Part shown: one piece after another, positions 47,709-57,876 of the stretch
How the letters are laid out: each line of letters opens with the position of its first letter
Numbering within the stretch: position 1 is the first letter of the stretch
The notes under the pieces: generated by a model
Told to the model about the DNA's origin: nothing
Databases searched by the model: none
What the model saw: only the letters and a program-made list of their open reading frames with translations
Made by a program: the position numbers and the translations under genes
Source: Rhodocyclaceae bacterium
Lineage (GTDB): Bacteria; Pseudomonadota; Gammaproteobacteria; Burkholderiales; Rhodocyclaceae
Assembly: GCA_035444405.1 (NCBI GenBank)
Contig: DAOMOP010000003.1
Span: 4,423-68,422, forward strand
DNA: 64,000 nt
Direction: 5' to 3'

Positions 47709-49593
47709 CTATGCCCGGAGAACCGAATACCGCTGAAACAACGCCAACGGCACTGCCTCCTCCAGCCGCCACACGATCGACATCGGCCGATCACCGGTCG
47801 GCTCTTCCGCGAGCGTGACGGCACCGAGCGCCGAGTACGGGTCCTCCGCCGTCTCGCGCACGAACAGAAAGAAGCGCCAGCCGTTACCGGGGCTCTCCAC
47901 GTAACGCCGGCCCGCCACCGTGTGCGGGCCGGCGGAATTCTGCGTCTGCCAGTGGAACCGCGTCGGGCTGATCGCGTAGTCGTGATAGGCGATGCGCTCG
48001 TGAAAGCCTTCGCGCTTGTCCAGCGTCACCAGCAGCAGCTCGATCTGCTCGTCCAGCAAGGGCACGACTCCGGAGCGCGATGGCGGCCGCCGCTGTGCAG
48101 ACCAGCACGCGACTGCGCTCAGGATCTCGGCGCGCGAATACGCCCCATGCAACACCAGCGGCCACGCGTCCGGCATGCCGCGACAGCCCCGGTCATCGAG
48201 ATCGTGGCGCATCTCGAGGCAATCCACCAGCTCCGCAAGCTCGGCGCGCAACAGCGGTGTGCGGTCGAGCCGGGCAAGAAACGCCTGACCATCCATCAGC
48301 TCGTTGCGACTCGCATAGAGCTGATACGCGAGCATCTGCACCAGCCGCCGCCCGCAAGCATCGAGCACCGGCCAACACCCCGCGCCCTCATCCGCAATGC
48401 GGCGCATCAACTGCAGCCGGCGCGGATCGTTGATGTGGATGAGCGCGCCAAGCCGCCCGCCGAGATCGTCCTCTTCCGCGCCCGCCTCGCGCTGCTCCAG
48501 CCCGGCCGAGCGCCGTAGCGCGGTCCAGCAGCGGCTGCGATACACGTCCTCGAGCTCGACGCACTGATCGTGCAGGAAGTGCGCCAGCCGGATGTCATCA
48601 GCGCTGCGCCCGAGTGCATAGGCGCGCAGCTTGCCGGTCAACCGCGGCCAGGTCTGGTTCGCGATGTGGCGCAGCGAGTCGAGCACGCGCTGGCGCGCGA
48701 CGCGGTCGAACTGGATATGACAACCCGGCGGCAGCGACGTGAAGCCCGCGTCGAGCTCCGCGACGAGTTGCCGCCGCGTGAGCCCGGTCAGCGCCTGATA
48801 CAGGCGATCGAAGCGGAAATCCTGGCGCACGCGCCCGACGAAATCGAGCACCAGGCAACTGTCCTTGCCGTCCGCAAGGCACAGCCCGCGCCCGAGCTGC
48901 TGCTGGAACACCACCGGGCTTTGTGTCGGCCGCAGAAACAGCAGCGTGTTCGCCTCCGGGATGTCGACGCCTTCGTTGTACAGATCGCAGGAGCACAGGA
49001 TCTGCATGTCATCGGCGGCCAGCCGCGCCGGTGCCGCATCGCGCTCGGCGCGCGCCACCAGCTCGAAGACCGTGTTCTCGGCCGGGCTGCGTTCGAGCCG
49101 CACGCTGAGCGGCGGCGCGCGCCGTGCGGCTCGTCACCGCGACCGCTTTCCAGCCGACCTCGACAAACGCCGCAGCCATGAACTCGGCATGGGCAATATC
49201 GACGCAGAATGCGATCGCCTTCATCGTCGTGGGATCCGCAACATAGTGCACGAGCGCGCCGCAGATCAACCGCGCACGTACGTGGTCGCCGGTCACGATC
49301 CGGCTCAGCTGTGCGAGCTCGGTCGCGGTGTTGCCCCACGACACGGCGCTGAAATCGCTGTCGTCCTGCGTCGCGTAATACTCGAACGGCGCGAGCAATT
49401 GCTGCTCGAGCGCATCCCAAAGACGCAGTTCCATGGCCGGACTGCCGTCCGGCCGCTGCTGAAAATACGCCGCGATCGGCTGCCCGTCCGCCCGCTCGGG
49501 CGTCGCAGTCAAGCCCAACAGCACGTGCGGATCGACGGCACGAGCAAAGTCGGCAAACGATCGCAACAGGTAAGCAGTCGTGCGCGTGGCCAT
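47709..49593 (-). pseudogene. SF2 helicase with C-terminal DUF3427, 5'-truncated and frameshifted
   Basis: ORF 49009..49593 begins just before motif III (LGLTATPER) with no Walker A or DEAH upstream. The frame changes near 49103-49135 into ORF 47709..49103 (DLYNEGVDIPE, FLRPTQS, QQLGRG). DUF3427-like end (FHWQTQNS...). Confidence 0.7.
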
Positions 49594-49719
49594 CTAACAG
49601 CAGCATGACATATACACGTGCGCTGATGTTGCCGCGAATGTATTATGCCGTTGGAGCAGCTCGAATCGGCACTCGTGAGTGAATGCTGCCCGCACCAATC
49701 GCTACCACGGCAAGGACGA

Positions 49720-50667
49720 ATGGCTCGACGTCGCTACCGAAAGAATGCGGGGCTCATTGAAGTCGCGCTGCAGTCGGACTGGAAGGTGTCCGCCGTGCTC
49801 GCCGTGACCGTCGTTGTCGTTGGCATCGGGCTCGTGCCGATGCTGTTCGATTCGGCCTCTCCGCTCGCGCCGCTCAGTACGGTGATTGCTCCGGCGGCTT
49901 GGCTGCTGGCGGGTATCCTCGGGTTCATCGCGCTCATCCGCTTCGTCACGACAGGCCGCACTTCGGATCAACGTGCTTACAAGCAGGCCGCGCGTATCCG
50001 GGCACAGCTGGACAACCGATCAGCTTCGGGTGCGCAGGATCGGCGCGAACCGTTCGAGTCCGCTGCCGCGCTGAATGTCTGCGCTCTGGAGGAAGACGCG
50101 CCGCCACGGCCCGAGTGCTGGTCGCTGGCCGTCCTCGATCGGATTGAATGGAAGCGCTTCGAAGATTTGTGTTGTGCCTTCTACCGTGAGAAGGGCATAC
50201 GTGCTGAAACCACACGTCTCGGCGCGGATGGCGGCATCGACATCCGTCTGTTTCAGGACCCCGACAATCCGGAGCGCCCCACCGCAATCGTCCAGTGCAA
50301 GGCGCTCAGCAAGCAGGTCGGCGTCAAACCGGTTCGTGAGCTACGCGGTGTGATGGCACACGAGAAGGTCGACAAAGCCTTCTTCATGGCCCCGAACGGC
50401 TTCACCGACGAGGCCCGCAGCTTCGCGGTCGAAAACCGCATCACGCTGCTCGACGGCAAACTGTTCCTCGCGATGCTGCAACGCTTGTCGAACGATGCAG
50501 GCAAGCGCCTGCTGGACTTCGCCACTGAGGGTGACTGGACGACCCCGACGTGCCCGAACTGCGGCACGAAGATGGCCGCGCGGGACAGCCGGCGTGGGCC
50601 GTTTTGGGGCTGTCCTGCTTACCCGAAATGCCGCGGAACTCTGCCGATGCGCGCAAGTGCGAGTTGA
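49720..50667 (+). CDS. Membrane-anchored Mrr-like (Mrr_cat) restriction endonuclease with a C-terminal topoisomerase-type C4 zinc ribbon
   Basis: ATG 49720 after AAGGA; the track start is 49645. Two TM segments. Nuclease core GADGGIDIRLF...AIVQCKA. CPNCG...WGCPAYPKC. Confidence 0.75.
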   Translation: MARRRYRKNAGLIEVALQSDWKVSAVLAVTVVVVGIGLVPMLFDSASPLAPLSTVIAPAAWLLAGILGFIALIRFVTTGRTSDQRAYKQAARIRAQLDNRSASGAQDRREPFESAAALNVCALEEDAPPRPECWSLAVLDRIEWKRFEDLCCAFYREKGIRAETTRLGADGGIDIRLFQDPDNPERPTAIVQCKALSKQVGVKPVRELRGVMAHEKVDKAFFMAPNGFTDEARSFAVENRITLLDGKLFLAMLQRLSNDAGKRLLDFATEGDWTTPTCPNCGTKMAARDSRRGPFWGCPAYPKCRGTLPMRASAS

Positions 50668-50821
50668 GAAGTATGCCCGGCCCGCGTAGAAAAATTGGCA
50701 TAATCTGGCGAGACCAGCACAACGGCACCAGTTCATGTCGGCCGGAGACGTCGCAGTGCCGATCAGCATGTGATGGTTTGCACGTCATATCGAATCACCG
50801 GCCGAGTCGAATCACGCACGC

Positions 50822-53800
50822 ATGAGCAATCCCTTCTTCGAGCATTCCATTCTCAACTCGCCCTACGCATACCCGGCCCGGCACTGGGAGCTGGACGAGC
50901 AAGGACAGCCGACGCAGAAAATCATCGAGCGTCGCCGCCGCGCGGAGTTCATCACGCCGATCCCGAAACCGCGCAAGCGCAAGGGTGCCGGCGTACAGGG
51001 GTCGCTGCTCTTCGACGAAGGCAAGGGTCTTTCCAACGACGCCCAGCAGTACGATCACACCGCCACGATCAACGCCGTGCGTGCCGAGGTGGACAAGTGG
51101 CGGCAGCTCCCGAACCCGCGCGACTGGCGCGTCACGCCAGAAACCGCCCGCCTGCTCCAGCACTGGCGCCACCACACCTTCAGCGGCATCCGTCCATTCT
51201 TCTGCCAGATCGAGGCGGTCGAAACCGCCATCTGGCTCACCGAGGTCGCGCCGCAGATCGGCAAGAACGGGCAGCGCTTTCTTGACCACCTTGCCAACGC
51301 CAACGCCGAAGCCAACCCGGAGCTGATGCGCCTGGCGCTCAAGCTCGCCACCGGTGCCGGCAAGACCACGGTGATGGCCATGCTCATCGCCTGGCAGACG
51401 ATCAACGCGGTGCGCTACCCGAACAGCAAGCGCTTCACCCGCGGATTCCTGCTGGTTGCGCCGGGGCTCACCATCCGCGACCGCTTGCGCGTGCTTCAGC
51501 CGATCGACCCCGACAGCTATTACGCCAGTCGCGAGCTGCTGCCCGGCGACATGCTGGGCGATCTTGATCGCGCTCGCATCGTCATCACCAACTACCATGC
51601 CTTCAAGCTGCGCGAACGCATGCCCCTGTCCAAGGGTGGCCGGCTGCTGCTGCAAGGCCGTGACGGCGCGCCGCTCGACACCCTCGAAACCGAAGGCCAG
51701 ATGCTTCAGCGCGTGATGCCCGAGTTGATGGGCATGAAGAACGTCATGGTCATCAACGACGAGGCGCACCACTGCTACCGCGAGAAGGCCGACCCGCTCA
51801 CTGACGAAGTCCTGAAGGGCGACGAGAAGAAAGAAGCCGCGCAGAACAACGAAGCCGCCCGTTTGTGGATCTCGGGCCTCGAAGCGGTCAAACGCAAGCT
51901 CGGCATCGCCCGGGTCATGGACCTCTCCGCCACGCCGTTCTTCCTGCGCGGCTCGGGCTACGTCGAGGGGACGCTGTTCCCCTGGACCATGAGCGACTTC
52001 TCGCTGATGGATGCCATCGAGTGCGGCATCGTCAAGCTGCCCCGCGTGCCGGTGGCCGACAACATCCCCGGCGGCGAGATGCCGAAGTTCCGCAACCTGT
52101 GGGAGCACATCCGCAGCCGCATGCCGAAGAAGGGCCGCGGCAAGGCCAAGACGCTCGACCCGCTCAGCTTGCCGGTAGAGCTGCAGACCGCACTCGAAGC
52201 CCTCTATGGCCACTATCAGAAGACCTACGAGCTGTGGGAGAAGGCCGGCATCCGCGTGCCGCCCTGCTTCATCGTCGTCTGCAACAACACCTCGACGTCG
52301 AAGCTCGTGTACGACTTCATCTCAGGCTTCCAGCGCGAGAACGACGACGGCTCCACCACGCTGGAGAACGGCCGCCTGCCGCTGTTCCGCAACTTCGACG
52401 AGCACGGCAACCCCGTCGCCCGCCCGCGCACCCTGCTGATCGACAGCGAGCAGCTCGAGTCCGGCGAGGCGCTGGACAAGAACTTCCGCGACATGGCCAC
52501 CGACGAGATCGAGCGCTTCCGCCGCGAGATCATCGAGCGCACGGGCGACCGTCAGCGCGCCGAGAACATCACCGACCAGGACCTGCTGCGCGAGGTCATG
52601 AACACCGTCGGCAAGGAAGGCAGGCTCGGCGAATCCATCCGCTGCGTGGTGTCCGTATCCATGCTCACCGAAGGCTGGGACGCGAATACCGTCACCCATG
52701 TGCTCGGCGTGCGCGCCTTCGGCACCCAGCTGCTGTGCGAGCAGGTCATCGGCCGTGCGCTGCGCCGCCAGTCCTACGATCTCAACGAAGAAGGGCTGTT
52801 CAACACCGAATACGCCGACGTGCTCGGCATCCCCTTCGATTTCACCGCCAAGCCCGTCGTCGCGCCACCCCAGCCGCCGCGCGAAACCATCCAGGTCAAG
52901 GCCGTGCGCCCGGATCGCGACGGACTCGAGATCCGCTTTCCGCGCGTGCAGGGCTACCGCGTGGAACTCCCCGAGGAGCGCCTCACCGCCGACTTCAACG
53001 ACGATTCGGTCCTCGTGCTCACGCCCGACCTGGTCGGCCCTTCGATCACGAAGAACGCGGGCATCATCGGCGAGGTCATCGACCTCAGCCTGGCGCACCT
53101 CGGCGACATGCGCCGCTCCACGCTGCTGATGCACCTCACCAAGCGCCTGCTCTACAGCAAATGGCGCGACCCCGGCGAGGAGCCCAAGCTCCACCTCTTC
53201 GGCCAGTTGAAGCGCATCACCAAGGAGTGGCTCGACACCTGCCTGCAGTGCAAGGGCGGCACCTATCCCGCCCAGCTCATGTACCAGGAGCTCGCCGACA
53301 TGGCCTGCGAGCGTATCACCGCCGGCATTACCCGCGCGCTCGAAGGCGAGCGCCCGATCAAGGCCGTGCCCGATCCCTACAACCCCACCGGCTCCACCGC
53401 CCACGTCAGCTTCAACACCTCGAAGACGGACCGCTGGCAGACCGACCCGCGTCGCAGCCATCTCAACTGGGTGATCCTCGATAGCGACTGGGAGGCTGAA
53501 TTCTGCCGCGTCGCCGAGGCGCATCCCCAAGTGCTCGCCTACGTCAAGAACCACAACCTCGGTCTCGAGGTGCCCTATCGCTACGGCTCCGAGACGCGTC
53601 GCTACCTGCCGGACTTCGTGGTGCTCGTGGACGACGGCAACGGCGAGGGTGACCCAATGAGCGACCCGCTGCACCTCGTCGTCGAGATCAAGGGCTACCG
53701 CCGCGAAGACGCCAAGGAGAAGAAGGCCACGATGGAAACCTACTGGGTGCCCGGTGTGAACAACCTGGGCCAGTACGGCCGCTGGGTCTTTGCCGAGTTC

Positions 53801-53893
53801 ACCGACGTGTGGCAGATGCAGGACGACTTTGCGAAGAAGGTGGAGGCGGAGTTCGAGCGGATGTTGCTGGCAGCAAGCGAAGGTAAATCATGA
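50822..53893 (+). CDS. res: Type III-like restriction enzyme Res subunit (SF2 helicase + C-terminal PD-(D/E)xK nuclease)
   Basis: N-terminus NPFFEHSILNSPYAYPARHWELD. Walker A LATGAGKTT, DEAH (NDEAHHCY). C-terminal YLPDFVVLV...LVVEIKG. Confidence 0.85.
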   Translation: MSNPFFEHSILNSPYAYPARHWELDEQGQPTQKIIERRRRAEFITPIPKPRKRKGAGVQGSLLFDEGKGLSNDAQQYDHTATINAVRAEVDKWRQLPNPRDWRVTPETARLLQHWRHHTFSGIRPFFCQIEAVETAIWLTEVAPQIGKNGQRFLDHLANANAEANPELMRLALKLATGAGKTTVMAMLIAWQTINAVRYPNSKRFTRGFLLVAPGLTIRDRLRVLQPIDPDSYYASRELLPGDMLGDLDRARIVITNYHAFKLRERMPLSKGGRLLLQGRDGAPLDTLETEGQMLQRVMPELMGMKNVMVINDEAHHCYREKADPLTDEVLKGDEKKEAAQNNEAARLWISGLEAVKRKLGIARVMDLSATPFFLRGSGYVEGTLFPWTMSDFSLMDAIECGIVKLPRVPVADNIPGGEMPKFRNLWEHIRSRMPKKGRGKAKTLDPLSLPVELQTALEALYGHYQKTYELWEKAGIRVPPCFIVVCNNTSTSKLVYDFISGFQRENDDGSTTLENGRLPLFRNFDEHGNPVARPRTLLIDSEQLESGEALDKNFRDMATDEIERFRREIIERTGDRQRAENITDQDLLREVMNTVGKEGRLGESIRCVVSVSMLTEGWDANTVTHVLGVRAFGTQLLCEQVIGRALRRQSYDLNEEGLFNTEYADVLGIPFDFTAKPVVAPPQPPRETIQVKAVRPDRDGLEIRFPRVQGYRVELPEERLTADFNDDSVLVLTPDLVGPSITKNAGIIGEVIDLSLAHLGDMRRSTLLMHLTKRLLYSKWRDPGEEPKLHLFGQLKRITKEWLDTCLQCKGGTYPAQLMYQELADMACERITAGITRALEGERPIKAVPDPYNPTGSTAHVSFNTSKTDRWQTDPRRSHLNWVILDSDWEAEFCRVAEAHPQVLAYVKNHNLGLEVPYRYGSETRRYLPDFVVLVDDGNGEGDPMSDPLHLVVEIKGYRREDAKEKKATMETYWVPGVNNLGQYGRWVFAEFTDVWQMQDDFAKKVEAEFERMLLAASEGKS

Positions 53894-54010
53894 TCGGAGT
53901 GCATGGAGACCATATTGCCGATGTCGGGAAGATGGTCGAGCTGGCGGCTGTCGACGGAGCGGCACGCCACTTCATAGGTCGGAACTATTGCTCCTGCATG
54001 CACTCGGTGA

Positions 54011-54039
54011 TTGACCTCGCTGTGTTTCGCAGCTATGGT
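54011..54039 (+). promoter_or_regulatory. Candidate sigma70-type promoter (TTGACC, 17 nt, TATGGT) in the res / NYN intergenic region
   Basis: -35 at 54011-54016, -10 at 54034-54039, spacer exactly 17 nt, ~120 nt upstream of the NYN start. Confidence 0.35.
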
Positions 54040-54158
54040 TCACCCCACATCCGCCCCTTGGCAGTACGCCCTCTCAACCATCCCGAGAGTGTGCCGAACC
54101 CCTGGGGCTTTTCCTTTTTCGGCGTGCAATACCGTCCGGTTTGCGGCGAGGCTCGGCG

Positions 54159-55034
54159 ATGAGCACGGGCCGCATCGCCATCCTGATCGACGGCGGCTTC
54201 TTCCTGAAGCGGCTTCCACGGCTAGTCCCCGCAAATCGCTGCGAGTCTCCGGGCAAGATCGTTGCATGTATTCGTCATCTTTGCCGAACGCACGTCAAGC
54301 TGCTGACCGGCAGCAACGAGTCTCGTTGGCAGCAACACGTGTACCGCATCTTCTTCTACGACGCGGTGCCCTACGATGGCAAGGCTCACCACCCAATCGA
54401 CAATCGCTCCATTGATTTTGCCAAGTCAGCCATTGCCCGGGATCGTCTCGCGCTGTTCGAGCTCCTGCGCAAGGAGCGCAAGCTGGCGCTGCGTCTCGGC
54501 AAAGTCATTCGTGATCACGACTGGGCGATCTCCCCTTCGTTGACCAAAAGGTTGCTGCGGACCCGCAACTGGGTGACTGCCCTCGATGGGCTCGATCCTG
54601 ATGCTGCAGCCGATCCGGGAGATGGGTCCGTCAAGCTGAGTCTGTCGCAAGAGGAGGCGCGCAGCCTGATCGAGCTGCGCCAGCTCTGGCGATCGCTCGA
54701 CGGAGGAACGGTCAACCTTGGTCTGCGCCAGAAGGGCGTCGACATGCGCATTGGGCTGGATATCGCCAGCCTGACGCTGAAAAAGCAGGCCGATACCATC
54801 GTTCTGGTCGCAGGGGACAGTGACTTCGTTCCGGCCGCCAAACTTGCTCGGCGTGAAGGCATGGAGTTCATCCTCGATCCGCTCTGGCAAAAGGTGAATG
54901 CCGACCTTTTCGAACATATCGATGGACTTCAGTCCGGTCTCAGGCGGCCCGGTATGAGCTCCCCGTCGCCTCACGTACCCCTCGCAGCGAACACAGAAGC
55001 ACCGATGGCCGGTGCGCCGGAAGCAGAGGACTGA
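54159..55034 (+). CDS. NYN-domain (LabA/DUF88-like, PIN-fold) protein nested between res and mod
   Basis: ATG 54159 (MSTGRIAILIDGGFF...); the track start is TTG 54141. Late motif GVDMRIGLD...IVLVAGDSDFVPAAKLARREG. Confidence 0.75.
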   Translation: MSTGRIAILIDGGFFLKRLPRLVPANRCESPGKIVACIRHLCRTHVKLLTGSNESRWQQHVYRIFFYDAVPYDGKAHHPIDNRSIDFAKSAIARDRLALFELLRKERKLALRLGKVIRDHDWAISPSLTKRLLRTRNWVTALDGLDPDAAADPGDGSVKLSLSQEEARSLIELRQLWRSLDGGTVNLGLRQKGVDMRIGLDIASLTLKKQADTIVLVAGDSDFVPAAKLARREGMEFILDPLWQKVNADLFEHIDGLQSGLRRPGMSSPSPHVPLAANTEAPMAGAPEAED

Positions 55035-55037
55035 ACC

Positions 55038-57842
55038 TTGGCCCGCAAGCAGAATTCCACCTCCCTCACCGTCGAAGCCCTTACCCACGACGACGCGACC
55101 CGCAAGAACATCCCCACCGCCGAGTACCAATCGGTGATGCAGAAGGACGAGCGCTCGCCCGTCCGCGTCGCCTACGAGCGCCGCAACCGCGACCTCGATC
55201 CGCAACTGGTGTGGCGCGGCAAGGATCAGCAGGACTGGTCCGACCTCGTCGTGAACGCCCCGCCGCTCTACATCCAGGAAAAGGTCCACCCCAAGGCGCT
55301 GATCGACGACCTGAAGAAGCAGAGCGAGGCGCGCTCGGAAGGCGCCGACGCCCAGCCCGACCTCTTCGTCGACTTCAACGGCTTGCCCGACGATAACGCC
55401 AAGACCGAGTTCTACCGCCACGACGGCCACTGGTCGAACCGCATGATCCTCGGCGACAGCCTGCAGGTCATGGCCAGCCTCGCCGAGCGCGAAGGCCTGC
55501 GCGGCAAGGTGCAATGCATCTATTTCGATCCGCCCTACGGCATCAAATTCAACAGCAACTTCCAGTGGAGCACCACCAGTCGCGACGTCAAGGACGGCAA
55601 TGCCGAACACATCACCCGCGAGCCGGAGCAGGTCAAGGCATTCCGGGACACCTGGCGCGACGGGATTCACTCGTATCTCACGTATTTGCGCGACCGGCTG
55701 ACGGTGGCGCGGGATCTGTTGACGGAGTCGGGATCGATCTTCGTCCAGATTGGTGACGAGAATGTGCACCGGGTAAGGGCCGTGATGGATGAGGTGTTTG
55801 GGGAGGAGAATGCCTGCGCCCAAATTTCGGTGCTCAAGACAGCCGGCCAGACGTCTGAGTTGATCGCAGGAACGGCGGATTATGTTCTTTGGTTCGCGAG
55901 GAACAAAGGAACGGCGAAATTCCGTACTCCGTTGACGGAAAAAGGTCTTGAGGCAGACAAATCTGGTGTTTACCGATGGGTTCGGGATGATGATGGATCT
56001 AATAGACGCATTTCGGACGACGAGCGGTTCGCCGGCGTAACGCGTGGTGTTTTTCGTTACGACAATCTGACCTCTCAGCGTCCCCCGGGCTCGTTCCCCG
56101 TGAACCTGCGCGGAAAGACTTTCGGTTCAGGTAAGGGATACTGGAAGACCGGTGAAATCGGCATGGCGCGCCTAATAAAATCTGATCGTGTCGGAATTGC
56201 TGCGAACAGTCTGACCTACGTGCGATTCCTTGACGATTTCCGCGCACAAGCAATCGGCAATGTCTGGACTGATACGGGTACCGGCAGTTTCACCGATGAA
56301 AAGATCTACGTCGTTCAGAGCGGGACTAAGCTCGTTCAGCGCTGCTTGTTGATGGCCACTGACCCCGGCGACCTCGTCCTCGACCCCACCTGCGGCTCCG
56401 GCACTACCGCATATGTCGCCGAACAATGGGGCCGGCGCTGGATCACCATCGATACCTCCCGCGTCGCCTTGGCGCTCGCCCGTGCCCGCATCATGGGCGC
56501 GCGCTACCCCTACTACCAGCTCGCCGACAGCCGCGAAGGCCAGTTGAAGGAAGCCGAACTTACCCGCAGTGCGCCGTCCAGCCAGCCCACCCGGGGCAGC
56601 ATCACGCACGGCTTCATCTATGAGCGCGTGCCGCACATCACGCTCAAGTCGATCGCCAACAACGCGGAGATCGACGTCATCTGGGAGCACTACCAGCAGA
56701 CCATCGAACCCCTGCGCCAGCAACTGAACCAGGCGCTCGGCAAGACCTGGGAAGAATGGGAAATCCCCCGCGAGCCCGGCGCCGAATGGCCCGGCGCCGC
56801 AAAGCAGGCCCACGCCGATTGGTGGCAGGCCCGCATCGCCCGCCAGAAGGAGATCGACGCCTCCATCGCCGCCAAGGCCGATACCGAATACCTCTACGAC
56901 AAGCCTTACGAGGACAAGAAGAAGGTCCGCGTCGCCGGCCCCTTCACCGTCGAAAGCCTGTCGCCGCACCGCATGCTCGGCGTGGATGAAAACGGCGACA
57001 TCATCGACGAGCGCAACCGCGCAGCCGAACCGGATGCCGGCTATGGCGATGGACCGCGCGAGGAACGCGACTTCACCCGCATGATCCTCGAAAACCTCAA
57101 GACCGCCGGCGTGCAACAGGCACACAAGGAAGACCGCATCGCCTTCACCTCCCTCGTGCCTTGGCCCGGCGACCTGATCTGCGCCGAAGGCCGCTACATC
57201 GAGGGCGATCCCGAGTCAGGCAAGGAGAGACGTGCCGCCATCTTCATCGGCCCCGAGTTCGGCACCGTCTCCCGCCCCGACCTCGTCGAAGCCGCCCGCG
57301 AAGCCGGCGACGCCGACTTCGACGTGCTCATCGCCTGCGCCTTCAACTACGACGCCCACTCCAGCGAGTTCGAAAAGCTCGGCCGCATCCCGGTGCTCAA
57401 GGCGCGCATGAACGCCGACCTCCACATGGCCGACGACCTCAAGAACACAGGGAAGGGCAACCTCTTCGTCATCTTCGGCGAACCCGACATCGACATCCTC
57501 GAAGTTGGAGACGGCAAATTCCAAGTCAAGGTCAACGGCGTCGACGTCTTCCACCCCAACTCCGGCGAAGTCCGCAGCGACGGCCCCGAGGGCATCGCCT
57601 GCTGGTTCATCGACACCGACTACAACATGGAATCCTTCTTCGTCCGTCACGCCTACTTCCTCGGCGCGAATGACCCGTACAAGGCGTTGAAGACGACGCT
57701 GAAGGCGGAGATTGATGCGGATGCCTGGGCGACGCTGAACAGCGACACGTCACGGCCGTTCGAGAAGCCGAATTCCGGGCGGATTGCGGTGAAGGTGATC
57801 AATCACCTGGGGGACGAGGTGATGAAGGTGTTTAGACTTTGA
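55038..57842 (+). CDS. mod: Site-specific DNA methyltransferase (beta-class N6A/N4C, Type III-like Mod), 934 aa
   Basis: TTG start 55038, 3 nt after the NYN stop. Motif IV IYFDPPYG precedes motif I DPTCGSGTT. Long C-terminal extension. Confidence 0.85.
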   Translation: MARKQNSTSLTVEALTHDDATRKNIPTAEYQSVMQKDERSPVRVAYERRNRDLDPQLVWRGKDQQDWSDLVVNAPPLYIQEKVHPKALIDDLKKQSEARSEGADAQPDLFVDFNGLPDDNAKTEFYRHDGHWSNRMILGDSLQVMASLAEREGLRGKVQCIYFDPPYGIKFNSNFQWSTTSRDVKDGNAEHITREPEQVKAFRDTWRDGIHSYLTYLRDRLTVARDLLTESGSIFVQIGDENVHRVRAVMDEVFGEENACAQISVLKTAGQTSELIAGTADYVLWFARNKGTAKFRTPLTEKGLEADKSGVYRWVRDDDGSNRRISDDERFAGVTRGVFRYDNLTSQRPPGSFPVNLRGKTFGSGKGYWKTGEIGMARLIKSDRVGIAANSLTYVRFLDDFRAQAIGNVWTDTGTGSFTDEKIYVVQSGTKLVQRCLLMATDPGDLVLDPTCGSGTTAYVAEQWGRRWITIDTSRVALALARARIMGARYPYYQLADSREGQLKEAELTRSAPSSQPTRGSITHGFIYERVPHITLKSIANNAEIDVIWEHYQQTIEPLRQQLNQALGKTWEEWEIPREPGAEWPGAAKQAHADWWQARIARQKEIDASIAAKADTEYLYDKPYEDKKKVRVAGPFTVESLSPHRMLGVDENGDIIDERNRAAEPDAGYGDGPREERDFTRMILENLKTAGVQQAHKEDRIAFTSLVPWPGDLICAEGRYIEGDPESGKERRAAIFIGPEFGTVSRPDLVEAAREAGDADFDVLIACAFNYDAHSSEFEKLGRIPVLKARMNADLHMADDLKNTGKGNLFVIFGEPDIDILEVGDGKFQVKVNGVDVFHPNSGEVRSDGPEGIACWFIDTDYNMESFFVRHAYFLGANDPYKALKTTLKAEIDADAWATLNSDTSRPFEKPNSGRIAVKVINHLGDEVMKVFRL

Positions 57843-57876
57843 TCGCGTGATCGAAAGACAACAAGGCGAGCGACTG

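Noticed and set aside
50795-52213. 472-aa minus ORF and other long antisense ORFs within res and mod (52322..53674, 54426..55823, 56172..57125, 61105..62967, 63031..63990)
   Set aside because: They lie antisense to genes with complete helicase, methylase and nuclease motif sets, and their composition is typical of shadow ORFs.
53890-54162. 90-aa ORF starting in an ATGA overlap with the res stop
   Set aside because: The sequence is not protein-like, and the region is better explained as the promoter-bearing spacer before the NYN gene. It cannot be excluded without expression data.
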